Shown here: positions 1 through 9,012 of the stretch, piece by piece
Numbering within the stretch: the first letter of the stretch is position 1
Layout: the number at the start of each line of letters is the position of its first letter
From: a virus
Direction: 5' to 3' (one strand)
Virus record (IMG/VR): IMGVR_UViG_3300033153_001906
Span: 32,001-96,000 of that record
Length of the DNA stretch: 64,000 nt
Made by a program: the position numbers and the translations under genes
The notes under the pieces: generated by a model
What the model saw: only the letters and a program-made list of their open reading frames with translations
What the model was told of the DNA's origin: nothing
The model's database searches: none

Positions 1-254
1 TTGCGAATCAGTACAGATTCATCAGCCAGCTTACCCAAATTACGCTGTTGTCGAGCTAGACTCTGTTGCATGAATTCTAAATTTGCTTCTGCTGATTCTG
101 CGCGAGCAGTTTGTGCAGCAACTTTTTGGTTTGCTTCCATAAGTTGGTTCTGGGAATATTTGAAATATAGACCGAATAGTCCCGCCATTACAACCATAGC
201 AATTACCATGTACATTGTTATGCCACCAAAGCCGCGTTGGTATTTGTTAAGCAT
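1..254 (-). CDS. Partial membrane-anchored coiled-coil protein, i-spanin (Rz)-like; runs off window
   Basis: ATG at 254 overlaps upstream stop; MLNKYQRGFGGITMYMVIAMVVMAGLFGLYF (TM helix) then Q/A/E-rich coiled coil; open to window edge; not in ORF track. Confidence 0.55.
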   Translation of the reverse strand, partial: MLNKYQRGFGGITMYMVIAMVVMAGLFGLYFKYSQNQLMEANQKVAAQTARAESAEANLEFMQQSLARQQRNLGKLADESVLIR

Positions 255-979
255 TATGTCGCCTTTACAACAACCGACCTATCGCTACCAATCTTATTAA
301 TGAAATAATAATCTGAGATTGTTTGAATCTCCCAGTTGCCGCCAAGCATTCCACGTAAGGAACCAAGTGGCATTGATGTGTGCATTAAGTCAATGTGTTG
401 TTCATCTAATCGCAGACGTTTAATTAGTCTGTCTGTTGTACCAAAACCAATAAATTCAAATATAGATTGTCCGCCTGAACCGCCCATTTTGATATGTGTT
501 TCATCTTGGTCAAATAGTAGTAGATCACTGTCTTGAAAGTAGCCTTCTACTGTTTGGTCAAATTCTTGACGAGGAACATATTTGTCCTTGTCTGTAATTA
601 CAACGTCGTGTAGCTCAGTATCAGTCAACTTGTATAGCTGGTCAACTAGGTATGGCTGTACGCGCCACTTCGCTTTGCCAGCAACGTTTTCAATATCTTT
701 TACAAGATCATAAAGCTTTATCCAGAAATTTGGTTGGCGTTTAAATTCTACAAATACAAGATAGTAACTATCTTCATTCGGGTTTGGACTAACTTCACTA
801 TCAAGAAATTCGATTACACTCTTGTCAATGAATTCGTCAAGATCAATCGCAGGCAACTCGTCCTTGCAGAAAAACGTAACTACAATAACTTCTTCATTTG
901 TGCCAGATTTTGGTTCGAACTCATCAATACTGATAAGTGGCAAAACCATATCTTTTAGTTCTAGATGTCTTAGTCCCAT
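254..979 (-). CDS. Conserved phage hypothetical protein (late cluster)
   Basis: Likely start MGLRHLELKD at 979, just after upstream stop at 984. Confidence 0.7.
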   Translation of the reverse strand: MGLRHLELKDMVLPLISIDEFEPKSGTNEEVIVVTFFCKDELPAIDLDEFIDKSVIEFLDSEVSPNPNEDSYYLVFVEFKRQPNFWIKLYDLVKDIENVAGKAKWRVQPYLVDQLYKLTDTELHDVVITDKDKYVPRQEFDQTVEGYFQDSDLLLFDQDETHIKMGGSGGQSIFEFIGFGTTDRLIKRLRLDEQHIDLMHTSMPLGSLRGMLGGNWEIQTISDYYFINKIGSDRSVVVKAT

Positions 980-983
980 TATT

Positions 984-1499
984 TTATCCTGGAAAGTTCT
1001 GGTAAGATGGTTTGTGGTCGTTACCAAGCACATTCTCATGTCCAAGTCCGCCTGGGCCGTCTTTAATGTCTGTGACTAGTGGCTTTGCGCGGGCAAGAAC
1101 AACTTGTGTTAGTTCTTTCTTTTTAACTGGATTATTACTGATCCCCAATTGCTCGCATGTTAGCGCAAACTGGTCAATCAAATCATCAAGCGCATCACCA
1201 TCGAAGTCACTGACTTCGTTGATTTGCTCAATAGCTTCACCAAGACCAGCATTCAGTCTTGTCTGTATTGCATTGTCCACAGCGAATCTTACATCATCCA
1301 GTTCATCTCTAAGATAAGCGTCAGTGATCGCTGAAAGATCGTCAAGATCATCAGTATTGATTGCATCACCATACTCTGCAATAATCTCATCAGCATAAGC
1401 AAACCCCAATGCTTCGATGTAGTCTTTTTTATCAAAGTTATACAAGTCGTTTTCATTAACTACTTGTACTGCTTCCATTAGTTTACGCATCTCGTTCAT
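984..1499 (-). CDS. Acidic putative head-internal protein with MNEMRKLME leader
   Basis: N-terminus MNEMRKLMEAV matches 39209..39718 (MNEMRKLMETV); VNE/INE junctions. Confidence 0.7.
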   Translation of the reverse strand: MNEMRKLMEAVQVVNENDLYNFDKKDYIEALGFAYADEIIAEYGDAINTDDLDDLSAITDAYLRDELDDVRFAVDNAIQTRLNAGLGEAIEQINEVSDFDGDALDDLIDQFALTCEQLGISNNPVKKKELTQVVLARAKPLVTDIKDGPGGLGHENVLGNDHKPSYQNFPG

Positions 1500-2086
1500 T
1501 ATACTTCTTCCGTTGGTTGTTCGAATTCATCAAAGCCTTCTTCACGCGCATCTTCTTCTGCGCTTACTTCAGCTTCTTTGTTTGCATCTTCACTATCAAG
1601 ATTATCGTCCCATGCTGCATTAATGTCATCAACATTAATCTCATCATCTTCAAGCTGTAGCATAGCTTCTTGTGCTTCATCTACAAACTTGCGTGGCATT
1701 TCGATTGTTACTAGCCAAACTGGATGCTCAAGAATCTTAGCTTGTTTGCGCTCGTTACTCAATCCACCCTTAAGATCCTCACCACCCAGAACCCTTGCTG
1801 GTTCTAAGAATGTATCTTTTCTGTAATAGACTTTGCAACCATATTTTATTAAGCGCAGGCTACCATCTGGATTAGGCATCAATGTCTGTGGATACATCCA
1901 TGTAGTCGTGAACCAATAGCGATCAATGACTGGCCCTTCTACTAGCTCACCATCCATCCAATTCTTATACGCATACAGGTTAGAATTGTCAAGGGTCTTT
2001 TCAAACTCCATTAACAATTGAAGTGACGTTTCTTGTCCACTGACTCGCTTCAAGAGCGACATTATTTCATTTACTTTCTTTGGCAT
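1499..2086 (-). CDS. Conserved phage hypothetical protein, acidic C-terminus
   Basis: 195 aa ORF directly behind late promoter 2095..2102. Confidence 0.75.
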   Translation of the reverse strand: MPKKVNEIMSLLKRVSGQETSLQLLMEFEKTLDNSNLYAYKNWMDGELVEGPVIDRYWFTTTWMYPQTLMPNPDGSLRLIKYGCKVYYRKDTFLEPARVLGGEDLKGGLSNERKQAKILEHPVWLVTIEMPRKFVDEAQEAMLQLEDDEINVDDINAAWDDNLDSEDANKEAEVSAEEDAREEGFDEFEQPTEEV

Positions 2087-2094
2087 AGTGTATG

Positions 2095-2102
2095 TATTTA
2101 TC
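2095..2102 (-). promoter_or_regulatory. T4-late-like promoter GATAAATA
   Basis: GATAAATA 8 nt before ATG 2086. Confidence 0.65.
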
Positions 2103-2113
2103 AGGTTTCTCTA

Positions 2114-3136
2114 TTAACCGTAGATCAATTCGTTTATCATTTTGTACTTAATATTGAAAGCATTCATCAATAATGCTACTTCCTTGAGACATTCGTTGCG
2201 ACCACCACCGATCAAATAGCAGTTATTATAGCGTTTTAGCTGATCTATCGCAGCCCAACCAACAATTAATGGATCGTCTACTAGATATTGTGGCTCAGTA
2301 TTGATTGACTGCGCAACAGGCGTCAAGAATTTTTCTATTTTATCCTCATCACCACCAAATAGTTCGCGGGAATCGTTTATCTTTTGCTTGTACATCTCAC
2401 GTATAATGCTGATAATGTGCCCTTCCTTGATACCAATATCCATCCATGCGCGTAGATAACCATATCCCTTGTCGAATATTTCAACTCTGTTCCAGTTTTT
2501 AGATTCAAATCCGCTGTCTTCCCAATACATCTGTACATCAGCTATAGTATCAGATGTTAGCCCTTCTTGTTCAGCGTTTACAAACATGAGACACGGTGCG
2601 CGAGAGTCATTTACAAATCGTATTGCGTTTTCAAATGTTCCATCTTCATCGCCGTCATTCATACCAGAGTATTCAGGCTGTATATCGACGCAAACGATTG
2701 GTCTGCCGCGAGATGCTTTTTCGTTTAATTTCTTTGGGTTATAAGTTTCGACCTTGACAATATTCTGTGGCGGAACTGGCTCATATGTTTTAAGCCAATC
2801 GCCTTGCTGTCCTGCTTGGCTCATTGGATCGCCTTCGTCTTTCTCAAATTTGTGATCTGCTAGGCCACCGAATGTAATAATTGAAATCTCACCAGACCCA
2901 AGTGTTTGGTTAAAGTCCCAATCCATGCGCCCAGCCCATCTATTCGCATCTTCTTTGTTAGTGAACATATAGATTTCGCCTGCCCCATAACGCTCACCGC
3001 TACCCTGCTGCACCCAGTTGGAGTCCGCACCCATTTGGTGCAGCCCATTCTTTTGAATGCTCGGAACGTGTTTAGTATGAGTTACGTGATAAAGCTCATT
3101 CTTCGATGTTTCGTTTAGTAGCTCATGCGCCCTCAT
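2114..3136 (-). CDS. Tagged two-domain protein: ADP-ribosyltransferase-like plus isochorismatase/nicotinamidase-like hydrolase
   Basis: MRAHELLNE leader; LYHVT..SIQKNGL..IYMF (ART-like); LNE junction; IVCVDIQPEY..LIGGGRNECL (cysteine-hydrolase-like). Confidence 0.6.
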   Translation of the reverse strand: MRAHELLNETSKNELYHVTHTKHVPSIQKNGLHQMGADSNWVQQGSGERYGAGEIYMFTNKEDANRWAGRMDWDFNQTLGSGEISIITFGGLADHKFEKDEGDPMSQAGQQGDWLKTYEPVPPQNIVKVETYNPKKLNEKASRGRPIVCVDIQPEYSGMNDGDEDGTFENAIRFVNDSRAPCLMFVNAEQEGLTSDTIADVQMYWEDSGFESKNWNRVEIFDKGYGYLRAWMDIGIKEGHIISIIREMYKQKINDSRELFGGDEDKIEKFLTPVAQSINTEPQYLVDDPLIVGWAAIDQLKRYNNCYLIGGGRNECLKEVALLMNAFNIKYKMINELIYG

Positions 3137-3474
3137 ACAATAGCCTCGCTCGGAATCGTTCCGCGATGAATAGCATATCCTTCAGCTTGCCAGGTGTATC
3201 GCATATTACGCTCAGTATCTAGTTTGGTAATGTCAATTTTTAGTGCATCATCAGATAATGGTGTCTGTGAAAGATATACTACCATATCTCCTTCTTCCCA
3301 ATCACGAAATTCGTGAGCAAGTACTGTTTCATGTGGTGGGAATGGGTAACTATCAATGCCCCCTTCAGCATTTAACTCTCTGCTACGCAAGCTATGATAC
3401 CAGTATCGCGGAGCTTCGTAGTACTTGCTCATCTGTACTGTTTCTTCCTCGTTTAATATCTCGTTAGCTCTCAC
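3133..3474 (-). CDS. Tagged small ART-like protein
   Basis: GTG start overlapping upstream TAG gives MRANEILNEE; YWYHS..VVYLS..LKID..GTIP pattern. Confidence 0.5.
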   Translation of the reverse strand: MRANEILNEEETVQMSKYYEAPRYWYHSLRSRELNAEGGIDSYPFPPHETVLAHEFRDWEEGDMVVYLSQTPLSDDALKIDITKLDTERNMRYTWQAEGYAIHRGTIPSEAIV

Positions 3475-3929
3475 TAGAATGGCTCCGATGCTACTATTCT
3501 TGCTTTGGGTGCTAAGTATTCCCAAACATTTTCGTTGGGATGAGGAACACCATTCCAATAATTTAGTGCTAACTGTTTTACTTCGTCTGACTCTATATCA
3601 CCACCATTCTCAAGTACGCCACCAATTTCAGACATCCAATTCATATCATGTCGTTCCACTTCGCCAATAGGCTCGACTGTAAATATATAATCAGTGCCGC
3701 CACCTGCATTATCAACATCATCTTCATTATCGACCATAAATACTGACCAGCTATGCTGCCTATATTCCATTGGTCTATATTTTTCTAATGCAATAAACCA
3801 TAGATTGTTACCCCAATTTTCTTCATAGTCATCTTCGCCTGGAGTTAAGATGGTTCCCACGGGCAAATCATCCATGCTTCCATGATATAGAAGCTTTTTA
3901 GATTCATGCAATATCTCGTTAGCTCGCAT
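3474..3929 (-). CDS. Tagged Arr-like ADP-ribosyltransferase
   Basis: MRANEILHE start at 3929; LLYHGSMDDLPVGTILTP and YIFTVEPIG resemble Arr motifs. Confidence 0.55.
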   Translation of the reverse strand: MRANEILHESKKLLYHGSMDDLPVGTILTPGEDDYEENWGNNLWFIALEKYRPMEYRQHSWSVFMVDNEDDVDNAGGGTDYIFTVEPIGEVERHDMNWMSEIGGVLENGGDIESDEVKQLALNYWNGVPHPNENVWEYLAPKARIVASEPF

Positions 3930-4857
3930 TATGCTGCTTCCATGCTGTAGCATACAATACTGATTCCCAATCTTCGCCGTAACGTTTCTTAAATTCTGGC
4001 TTGCGCTTCTTAATCCAGCTTTCCATTCCTGGTGGTGCTTCTTCATCTAAGTTTTTTTGTGGCGTATAAGTCATACCATCTGCGCCGCTAGATGGATCAG
4101 GAGCAAATCCCCTGCGCTTGTACCAAGCTATGAGTTGACGTTTTGTTAGCTTACCTTCACTATTTCCAAATGGACTAGCAGATAAACGCAATGGAACGCC
4201 TGTTTCGTCAGCAAGTGCTACAAGCGTCATTACTACGCCGTTTGCAGACCCTGATCGTTCGCCAGGCGCAAGTGTTTGAATTGCTGAAAGGTTGATGTAA
4301 TCTTTAAACGGCTGTATTGTTACTGTTGATTTACCATCCCATGCAATGCGCGAAGAAGAATCAAATGGATGCACTTGTGTTACTTTTAAGTACTTCTCCA
4401 TAAATTCATCAACTGCAGGATTTCTCTTGCCTGCTGATGAAAGTTTTATTGCTGCTTCTTCCATTTCCACTGGCGCATCTTTCATTATGAACACAGGAAG
4501 TTTCTTAACACCAATTTCTTCTGCTGCCATTGCACGATGCAATCCCTCTTGTCCAAAGTAATCATTTCTGTAATCTAGTTCAAGCATAGGAAACTTGTCG
4601 CCACGCTTCATATCAAATGCGTATTTTTTGATTAGCTCTGGTGTGCGCCCGCCACGAACCAATCCTTCTGAACCATTGTTCCTGAAACCGATTTCACATG
4701 CTTGAATATATTGAGTAGGAGTCATCCATTGTACACTACCAACGACACCCTTCTTCTCACGCCAGTAATCAGGATTAGCCATAATTTCCATTTGATTCGG
4801 CGTGTTGTATTCGTCAGTTTTAAATGGCTGCAAATTATTTAATTCATATAATCTCAT
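3919..4857 (-). CDS. Tagged polyprotein: ParB/Srx-like plus GNAT acetyltransferase plus small C-terminal module
   Basis: MRLYEL; FPMLELDY..QEGLHRAMAA (ParB-like); MEE junction; LVALADETGVPLRL..LIAWYKRRGF (GNAT); LDEE junction; FKKRYGEDWESVLYATAWK. Confidence 0.65.
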   Translation of the reverse strand: MRLYELNNLQPFKTDEYNTPNQMEIMANPDYWREKKGVVGSVQWMTPTQYIQACEIGFRNNGSEGLVRGGRTPELIKKYAFDMKRGDKFPMLELDYRNDYFGQEGLHRAMAAEEIGVKKLPVFIMKDAPVEMEEAAIKLSSAGKRNPAVDEFMEKYLKVTQVHPFDSSSRIAWDGKSTVTIQPFKDYINLSAIQTLAPGERSGSANGVVMTLVALADETGVPLRLSASPFGNSEGKLTKRQLIAWYKRRGFAPDPSSGADGMTYTPQKNLDEEAPPGMESWIKKRKPEFKKRYGEDWESVLYATAWKQHNAS

Positions 4858-5381
4858 AGTATCTTTACCTGTTCCCGTGAGAATACAACAACTTCATCAC
4901 CATTGAGTCTGTCAATAATTCCCGTTGCTGCATCAAATCCTGCAGCCTTAAGCTTGTGTACCATCATTGGCGTAAGGTGTGAGACGGTTTGCTTATGCTT
5001 ATATCCAACTGCTTTCAAATCATCTACTGTTGCTACGTTTTTAGCACTAATCTTAACTTCTCTCACTTCACCATCTGTGAATTGGTCAGAGAAAAATGTC
5101 GCATCGCTTTTGTTTACCGCAGCATAAAATGTAAATGGAATTTCTCCGATTTCATCAAAGTCTTTTAGTTCTTGTTCCATATTTTCTATACTAAATGCTG
5201 TTTGATAAGCGTAAGCAGTTTCTTTATCTGGCAGATTGTCGTACATTTTTTTCCAAGCGGCAATATGTCCTTTAAGTTCTTCAGTTCGAAGTTCCCATGC
5301 ATCGTCAGGAACTATCTCAGGGTTCTGTGATTGTCCTTTGTAATGTGGTGCATCGACCATTGCTATTTCATGTAATCTCAT
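4854..5381 (-). CDS. Tagged protein with ART-PolyVal-like C-terminal domain
   Basis: MRLHEI; LKAAGFDAA..DEVVVFSREQVKI. Confidence 0.5.
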   Translation of the reverse strand: MRLHEIAMVDAPHYKGQSQNPEIVPDDAWELRTEELKGHIAAWKKMYDNLPDKETAYAYQTAFSIENMEQELKDFDEIGEIPFTFYAAVNKSDATFFSDQFTDGEVREVKISAKNVATVDDLKAVGYKHKQTVSHLTPMMVHKLKAAGFDAATGIIDRLNGDEVVVFSREQVKIL

Positions 5382-5384
5382 CGT

Positions 5385-6038
5385 TTACCTACTATTTATG
5401 AATCGTCGTATATCATCATTGGTGTAGCCTAATAAGATTCCAAGCTTAGAATGCCATAATTCCATTTTTTCAAACGGCCATTGTTCTCTGTTTACGTATA
5501 GGCTTTGTATTTTCTTGGCTCGCCATTCTTGTCCAGGAATCGTCAATACAAAAATTTCCCAAGTCATTTCAGGACTGTCTGGTACTAGTAATGGGAATTT
5601 GATAAGCTCACCACTCTCAACATATTTTTCAAATGGTTCCATTTGCCAATCATCAATTATTATTGCTGGCTTCTTTCCTGCAAGAAATAATTGCAAATAA
5701 CGACCTTCATGTGGTCCGCGCCAAAGTTCTTTTTTTGTATTCCGCCCATCTAGCTCATTCTTGTAAGCACCTTCTTCGTGATCGTCATATGGCAACGAAT
5801 GATCTACTGGTTGGCGCTTAAATGCTGCTTCATCCACTTCTTTTGGTTCTAGCTTAGACACCCTTGGCTTGTATAGCTTTTGGTCGCCCTTGGTTGTTTT
5901 GAGAACTGGCTGTCCGTGATCGTCTTTAGTAAAGCCCTTAACTTCTGCTTTACGATTCTTCCACTTGCCAACCTTAACCTCGTCACCCACGCTTATGCTA
6001 GGTGGATTAAGTGTTTTTACTACTTCAAATAATCTCAT
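5385..6038 (-). CDS. Tagged two-module hypothetical protein (KOW/SH3-like plus unknown)
   Basis: MRLFEV; ISVGDEVKVGKWKN; VDE junction; LGILLGY. Confidence 0.6.
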   Translation of the reverse strand: MRLFEVVKTLNPPSISVGDEVKVGKWKNRKAEVKGFTKDDHGQPVLKTTKGDQKLYKPRVSKLEPKEVDEAAFKRQPVDHSLPYDDHEEGAYKNELDGRNTKKELWRGPHEGRYLQLFLAGKKPAIIIDDWQMEPFEKYVESGELIKFPLLVPDSPEMTWEIFVLTIPGQEWRAKKIQSLYVNREQWPFEKMELWHSKLGILLGYTNDDIRRFINSR

Positions 6039-6418
6039 CGTGGGTATCTTACCATTTTGCCACCGCCAATTGCAAAATCCATTTTACGTCCTTTGTTCTC
6101 AATAAATCCAAATCGCTTATAAAATTTAATAAGCCTCGATCTTGATGTTGTGCCCTGCCCTGTATCTTTCACACCTGGTGTTAATACGATAGTAAATCCA
6201 TGTTCATCAGCATATTGTGCCAAGTCAGTCATAGCGCCAGTCCCAGCGCCCTGTTTTTGGTTGGCTTTCTCAACGTGGATTGCACTAAGTTCAACCATGT
6301 TATTGCCATTATCATACAACCAAAGCTGTTTCAGGCCATGTTTTTCTTTCATAGCACTAGCAAAGGCATCCAAACTATCTTGGTTATTCTTAGGGGCAGC
6401 AACTTCAAATAATCTCAT
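6035..6418 (-). CDS. Tagged GNAT acetyltransferase
   Basis: MRLFEV; QKQGAGT acetyl-CoA motif; LIKFYKRFGF. Confidence 0.8.
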   Translation of the reverse strand: MRLFEVAAPKNNQDSLDAFASAMKEKHGLKQLWLYDNGNNMVELSAIHVEKANQKQGAGTGAMTDLAQYADEHGFTIVLTPGVKDTGQGTTSRSRLIKFYKRFGFIENKGRKMDFAIGGGKMVRYPR

Positions 6419-6423
6419 ACACG

Positions 6424-6431
6424 TATTTATC
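6424..6431 (-). promoter_or_regulatory. Late promoter of effector operon (leaderless)
   Basis: GATAAATA exactly 5 nt before ATG 6418; no SD. Confidence 0.7.
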
Positions 6432-6472
6432 GACTTTTATTATATACACTGACATTAGGAACGCCAAGTCTA

Positions 6473-6479
6473 CTAAATA
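6473..6479 (+). promoter_or_regulatory. Divergent late-like promoter for phoH
   Basis: CTAAATA in the intergenic gap upstream of phoH. Confidence 0.4.
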
Positions 6480-6598
6480 TTAGTGTATATGAGAAAAGAC
6501 TTCACTATACAATTCGACACACGCTCATCTGCGTTCCAGCAGATGCAAGCTACCTTGAATCAAATCACAGCAACTCACAACCCCTTAATGGAGGACAG

Positions 6599-7330
6599 AT
6601 GGCACGAAGCAATAAGAAGCGCCGATCAAACCACGGACGCGTTATTCACATCCAAGAAGAAAGAAAACAGGAGATACACTTAGATCGAAAGAACCACGTA
6701 AGACTAGTCCCGCGCAACATAGCGCAAGAAGAATATATCTCAAATCTTCATAATCAATCCCAACGCATAGTCTTTGCGACGGGGCCAGCAGGTACTGGCA
6801 AGACGTATCTCGCAGTCTTGAAAGCAATCCAAGAACTCAAGAACAGCGACTCATCCCATATTATTATTACCCGTCCAGCAGTAACCGTTGACGAGAATCA
6901 TGGGTTCTTGCCTGGAGATATTAATAAGAAAATGGATCCTTGGACTCGACCAATCTTTGATGTGTTTGAAGAATATTACACACCAAAAGATGTCAGAACA
7001 ATGGTAGAAGATGGTGTAGTTGAAATTTGCCCACTCGCATATATGCGTGGCCGAACATTCAAAAACGCAACTATTATCTTTGATGAATCTCAGAACACGA
7101 CCATTTCGCAAATGAAAATGGCACTAACTCGCATAGGTGAAGGAACACGTATGTTTGTAACTGGCGACATTAATCAATCAGACTTGAAATGCCAGAATGG
7201 TTTGCATGATTTCTTCACTAAGCTGAGAGAAATAAACTCTGATACTATCGCAATCACCAACTTTGGACACCAACATATTGAACGTGATCCCATCGTTGAA
7301 GAGGTTCTGCGGTGTTATGGAGAGGTCTAG
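6599..7330 (+). CDS. phoH: PhoH-like ATPase
   Basis: GPAGTGKT, GFLPGD, YMRGRTF, DESQN, TGD motifs; GGAGGA SD. Confidence 0.95.
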   Translation: MARSNKKRRSNHGRVIHIQEERKQEIHLDRKNHVRLVPRNIAQEEYISNLHNQSQRIVFATGPAGTGKTYLAVLKAIQELKNSDSSHIIITRPAVTVDENHGFLPGDINKKMDPWTRPIFDVFEEYYTPKDVRTMVEDGVVEICPLAYMRGRTFKNATIIFDESQNTTISQMKMALTRIGEGTRMFVTGDINQSDLKCQNGLHDFFTKLREINSDTIAITNFGHQHIERDPIVEEVLRCYGEV

Positions 7331-7377
7331 AATTAGTACATTTTAGGGGGTTTCTATTTAACGGTACTAAATAAAAG

Positions 7378-7470
7378 TATAGACGAGCGTTTCGTTTGAA
7401 GCACGGCAACATAGATCGTATTTACGTAGTACAATCTTGACCAATAGCTTCTCCACGTTCGTCTTTCTAT
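7378..7470 (+). ncRNA. Candidate rod-shaped non-coding RNA
   Basis: CTAAATA at 7367..7373; nested helices 7381-7390/7455-7464, 7398-7402/7447-7451, 7405-7409/7437-7442, 7413-7422/7428-7437; terminator follows. Confidence 0.45.
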
Positions 7471-7479
7471 GCCCCAAAC

Positions 7480-7507
7480 AAAAAAGCCCCTCAATTTGAG
7501 GGGCTTT
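7480..7507. terminator. Bidirectional intrinsic terminator
   Basis: AAAGCCCCTCA-ATT-TGAGGGGCTTT between convergent genes. Confidence 0.85.
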
Positions 7508-7534
7508 CTACTAGAAGACGCCTATGAAACGTCT

Positions 7535-7834
7535 TTACTTCTTAATCTTTTGATTTAGTACAACTCTTCCTTTACCTTTGAACCATTCGATCAGAGTGAT
7601 CTTACGACTCTCAGCCTGAGACTTATTCAGTCCTTCAAACTCTGTAGTCAACATATAAAGTTCACCAGCCGCGATCTTAGTAAATGCGTCTGATTTAATG
7701 TGACAGTAAGGTTTTCGGGCGAAGTTAGTGAGACTTTCGACAGTGTTTTCACGACAGTTTTCGATTGATCGTGCGTCGAAGTAAAGTGAACCATCAAGAA
7801 AATGATGGCATCGTACCAGATAATTGCTTTTCAT
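7535..7834 (-). CDS. Hypothetical protein
   Basis: 99 aa ORF between its own sigma70 promoter and the terminator. Confidence 0.7.
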   Translation of the reverse strand: MKSNYLVRCHHFLDGSLYFDARSIENCRENTVESLTNFARKPYCHIKSDAFTKIAAGELYMLTTEFEGLNKSQAESRKITLIEWFKGKGRVVLNQKIKK

Positions 7835-7906
7835 AATATTAACCCTTTAAGTTATTCAGGAGCAAAAGACCCCTGTTTGTACGTTGATTTCTCAGCGTAT
7901 ATACAT

Positions 7907-7934
7907 ATTATACACTATTCTACACAAATGTCAA
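7907..7934 (-). promoter_or_regulatory. Sigma70-type early promoter
   Basis: TTGACA-N16-TATAAT. Confidence 0.75.
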
Positions 7935-7950
7935 GGACTTTATTTCCTGT

Positions 7951-9012
7951 TTATCCTTCGCTTGTTGTTCCGTAAACGTTATTCAGTTGGTTATTGACAC
8001 GAACGAATGTCGTGCGCTTTGATAATTCTTTGAGTGATACGCTTCCTGTGTACGTACATGCTGATCGAACACCACCAAGTATGTCTTTAACTGTGTTCTC
8101 AACTTTACCTTTGTATGGGATAAGAACTCGTTTGCCCTCGCTTGCGCGATAACCAGTAAGTCCATCACCATGTTTACTCTGTGCTGTCTCTGAACTCATA
8201 CCATAAAATTCGATCATTGGCGCTCTGGCTTTTCCAGGAATAAGTTTTCCACCACCTTCTTCGTGACCAGCCAACATTCCACCAAGCATAACAAAATCTG
8301 CGCCTGCCGCGAATGCTTTAGCAACATCACCTGGGCCCGTACAGCCACCGTCTGCAACAATAAGACCTTTCAATCCATGTGCTGCGTCAGCACATTCGAT
8401 AACTGCTGATAGTTGTGGATAGCCAACACCAGTTTTCTTGCGTGTTGTGCAAACGCTGCCTGGGCCTATGCCCACTTTCACCATATCAGCACCAGCCAGA
8501 ATAAGTGCTTCTGTCATATCTGCTGTGACTACGTTACCAGCAATGATTACCTTGGTTGGAAATGTCTGCCGAACCAGTTGCACAAAACTAACGAAATTTT
8601 CTGTGTATCCATTCGCTACGTCAATGCAGATGTAATTAATTTCTGGAAATTCCTCAAGAATATTTCTGGTCTTGAGAAAATCAGCATCAGCAATGCCCGT
8701 CGAAATGGCTACATTCTTATGTTCTGCTGTTGCGCCTGCATCAGTTATCATAAACTCGCACCAATCATCTATTGTGTAGTGTTTGTGCAAGCAAGTGAAC
8801 ATATTGAATTTCCATAATGCGTGTGCCATTGCAAATGTGCCAGTTGTGTCCATGTTTGCACCCATGATTGGAATGCCAGTGTATGTAATTGGTGAATGGC
8901 GGAATTTAAATTCACGCTCCAAGCTTACATCTTTACGAGATACCAATGTGCTGCGCTTTGGCCGTATCAATACGTCACTGTAATCTAGTTTTACTGAATC
9001 TTCAATCCTCAC
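7951..9012 (-). CDS. guaC: GMP reductase
   Basis: [48 protein letters not shown]. Confidence 0.95.
   Translation of the reverse strand: MRIEDSVKLDYSDVLIRPKRSTLVSRKDVSLEREFKFRHSPITYTGIPIMGANMDTTGTFAMAHALWKFNMFTCLHKHYTIDDWCEFMITDAGATAEHKNVAISTGIADADFLKTRNILEEFPEINYICIDVANGYTENFVSFVQLVRQTFPTKVIIAGNVVTADMTEALILAGADMVKVGIGPGSVCTTRKKTGVGYPQLSAVIECADAAHGLKGLIVADGGCTGPGDVAKAFAAGADFVMLGGMLAGHEEGGGKLIPGKARAPMIEFYGMSSETAQSKHGDGLTGYRASEGKRVLIPYKGKVENTVKDILGGVRSACTYTGSVSLKELSKRTTFVRVNNQLNNVYGTTSEG

Noticed and set aside
200-254. QRGF as a type IV prepilin cleavage site
   Set aside because: No Glu at +5; TM plus coiled-coil fits a spanin better
6483-6683. 66 aa ORF overlapping the phoH start
   Set aside because: No motif; overlaps phoH out of frame; more likely a leader with a hairpin near 6526..6545
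7405-7451. Y RNA-like CUUGACC in the ncRNA candidate
   Set aside because: The matching 5' GGUCCGA strand with bulged C is absent and no Ro60 gene is in the window
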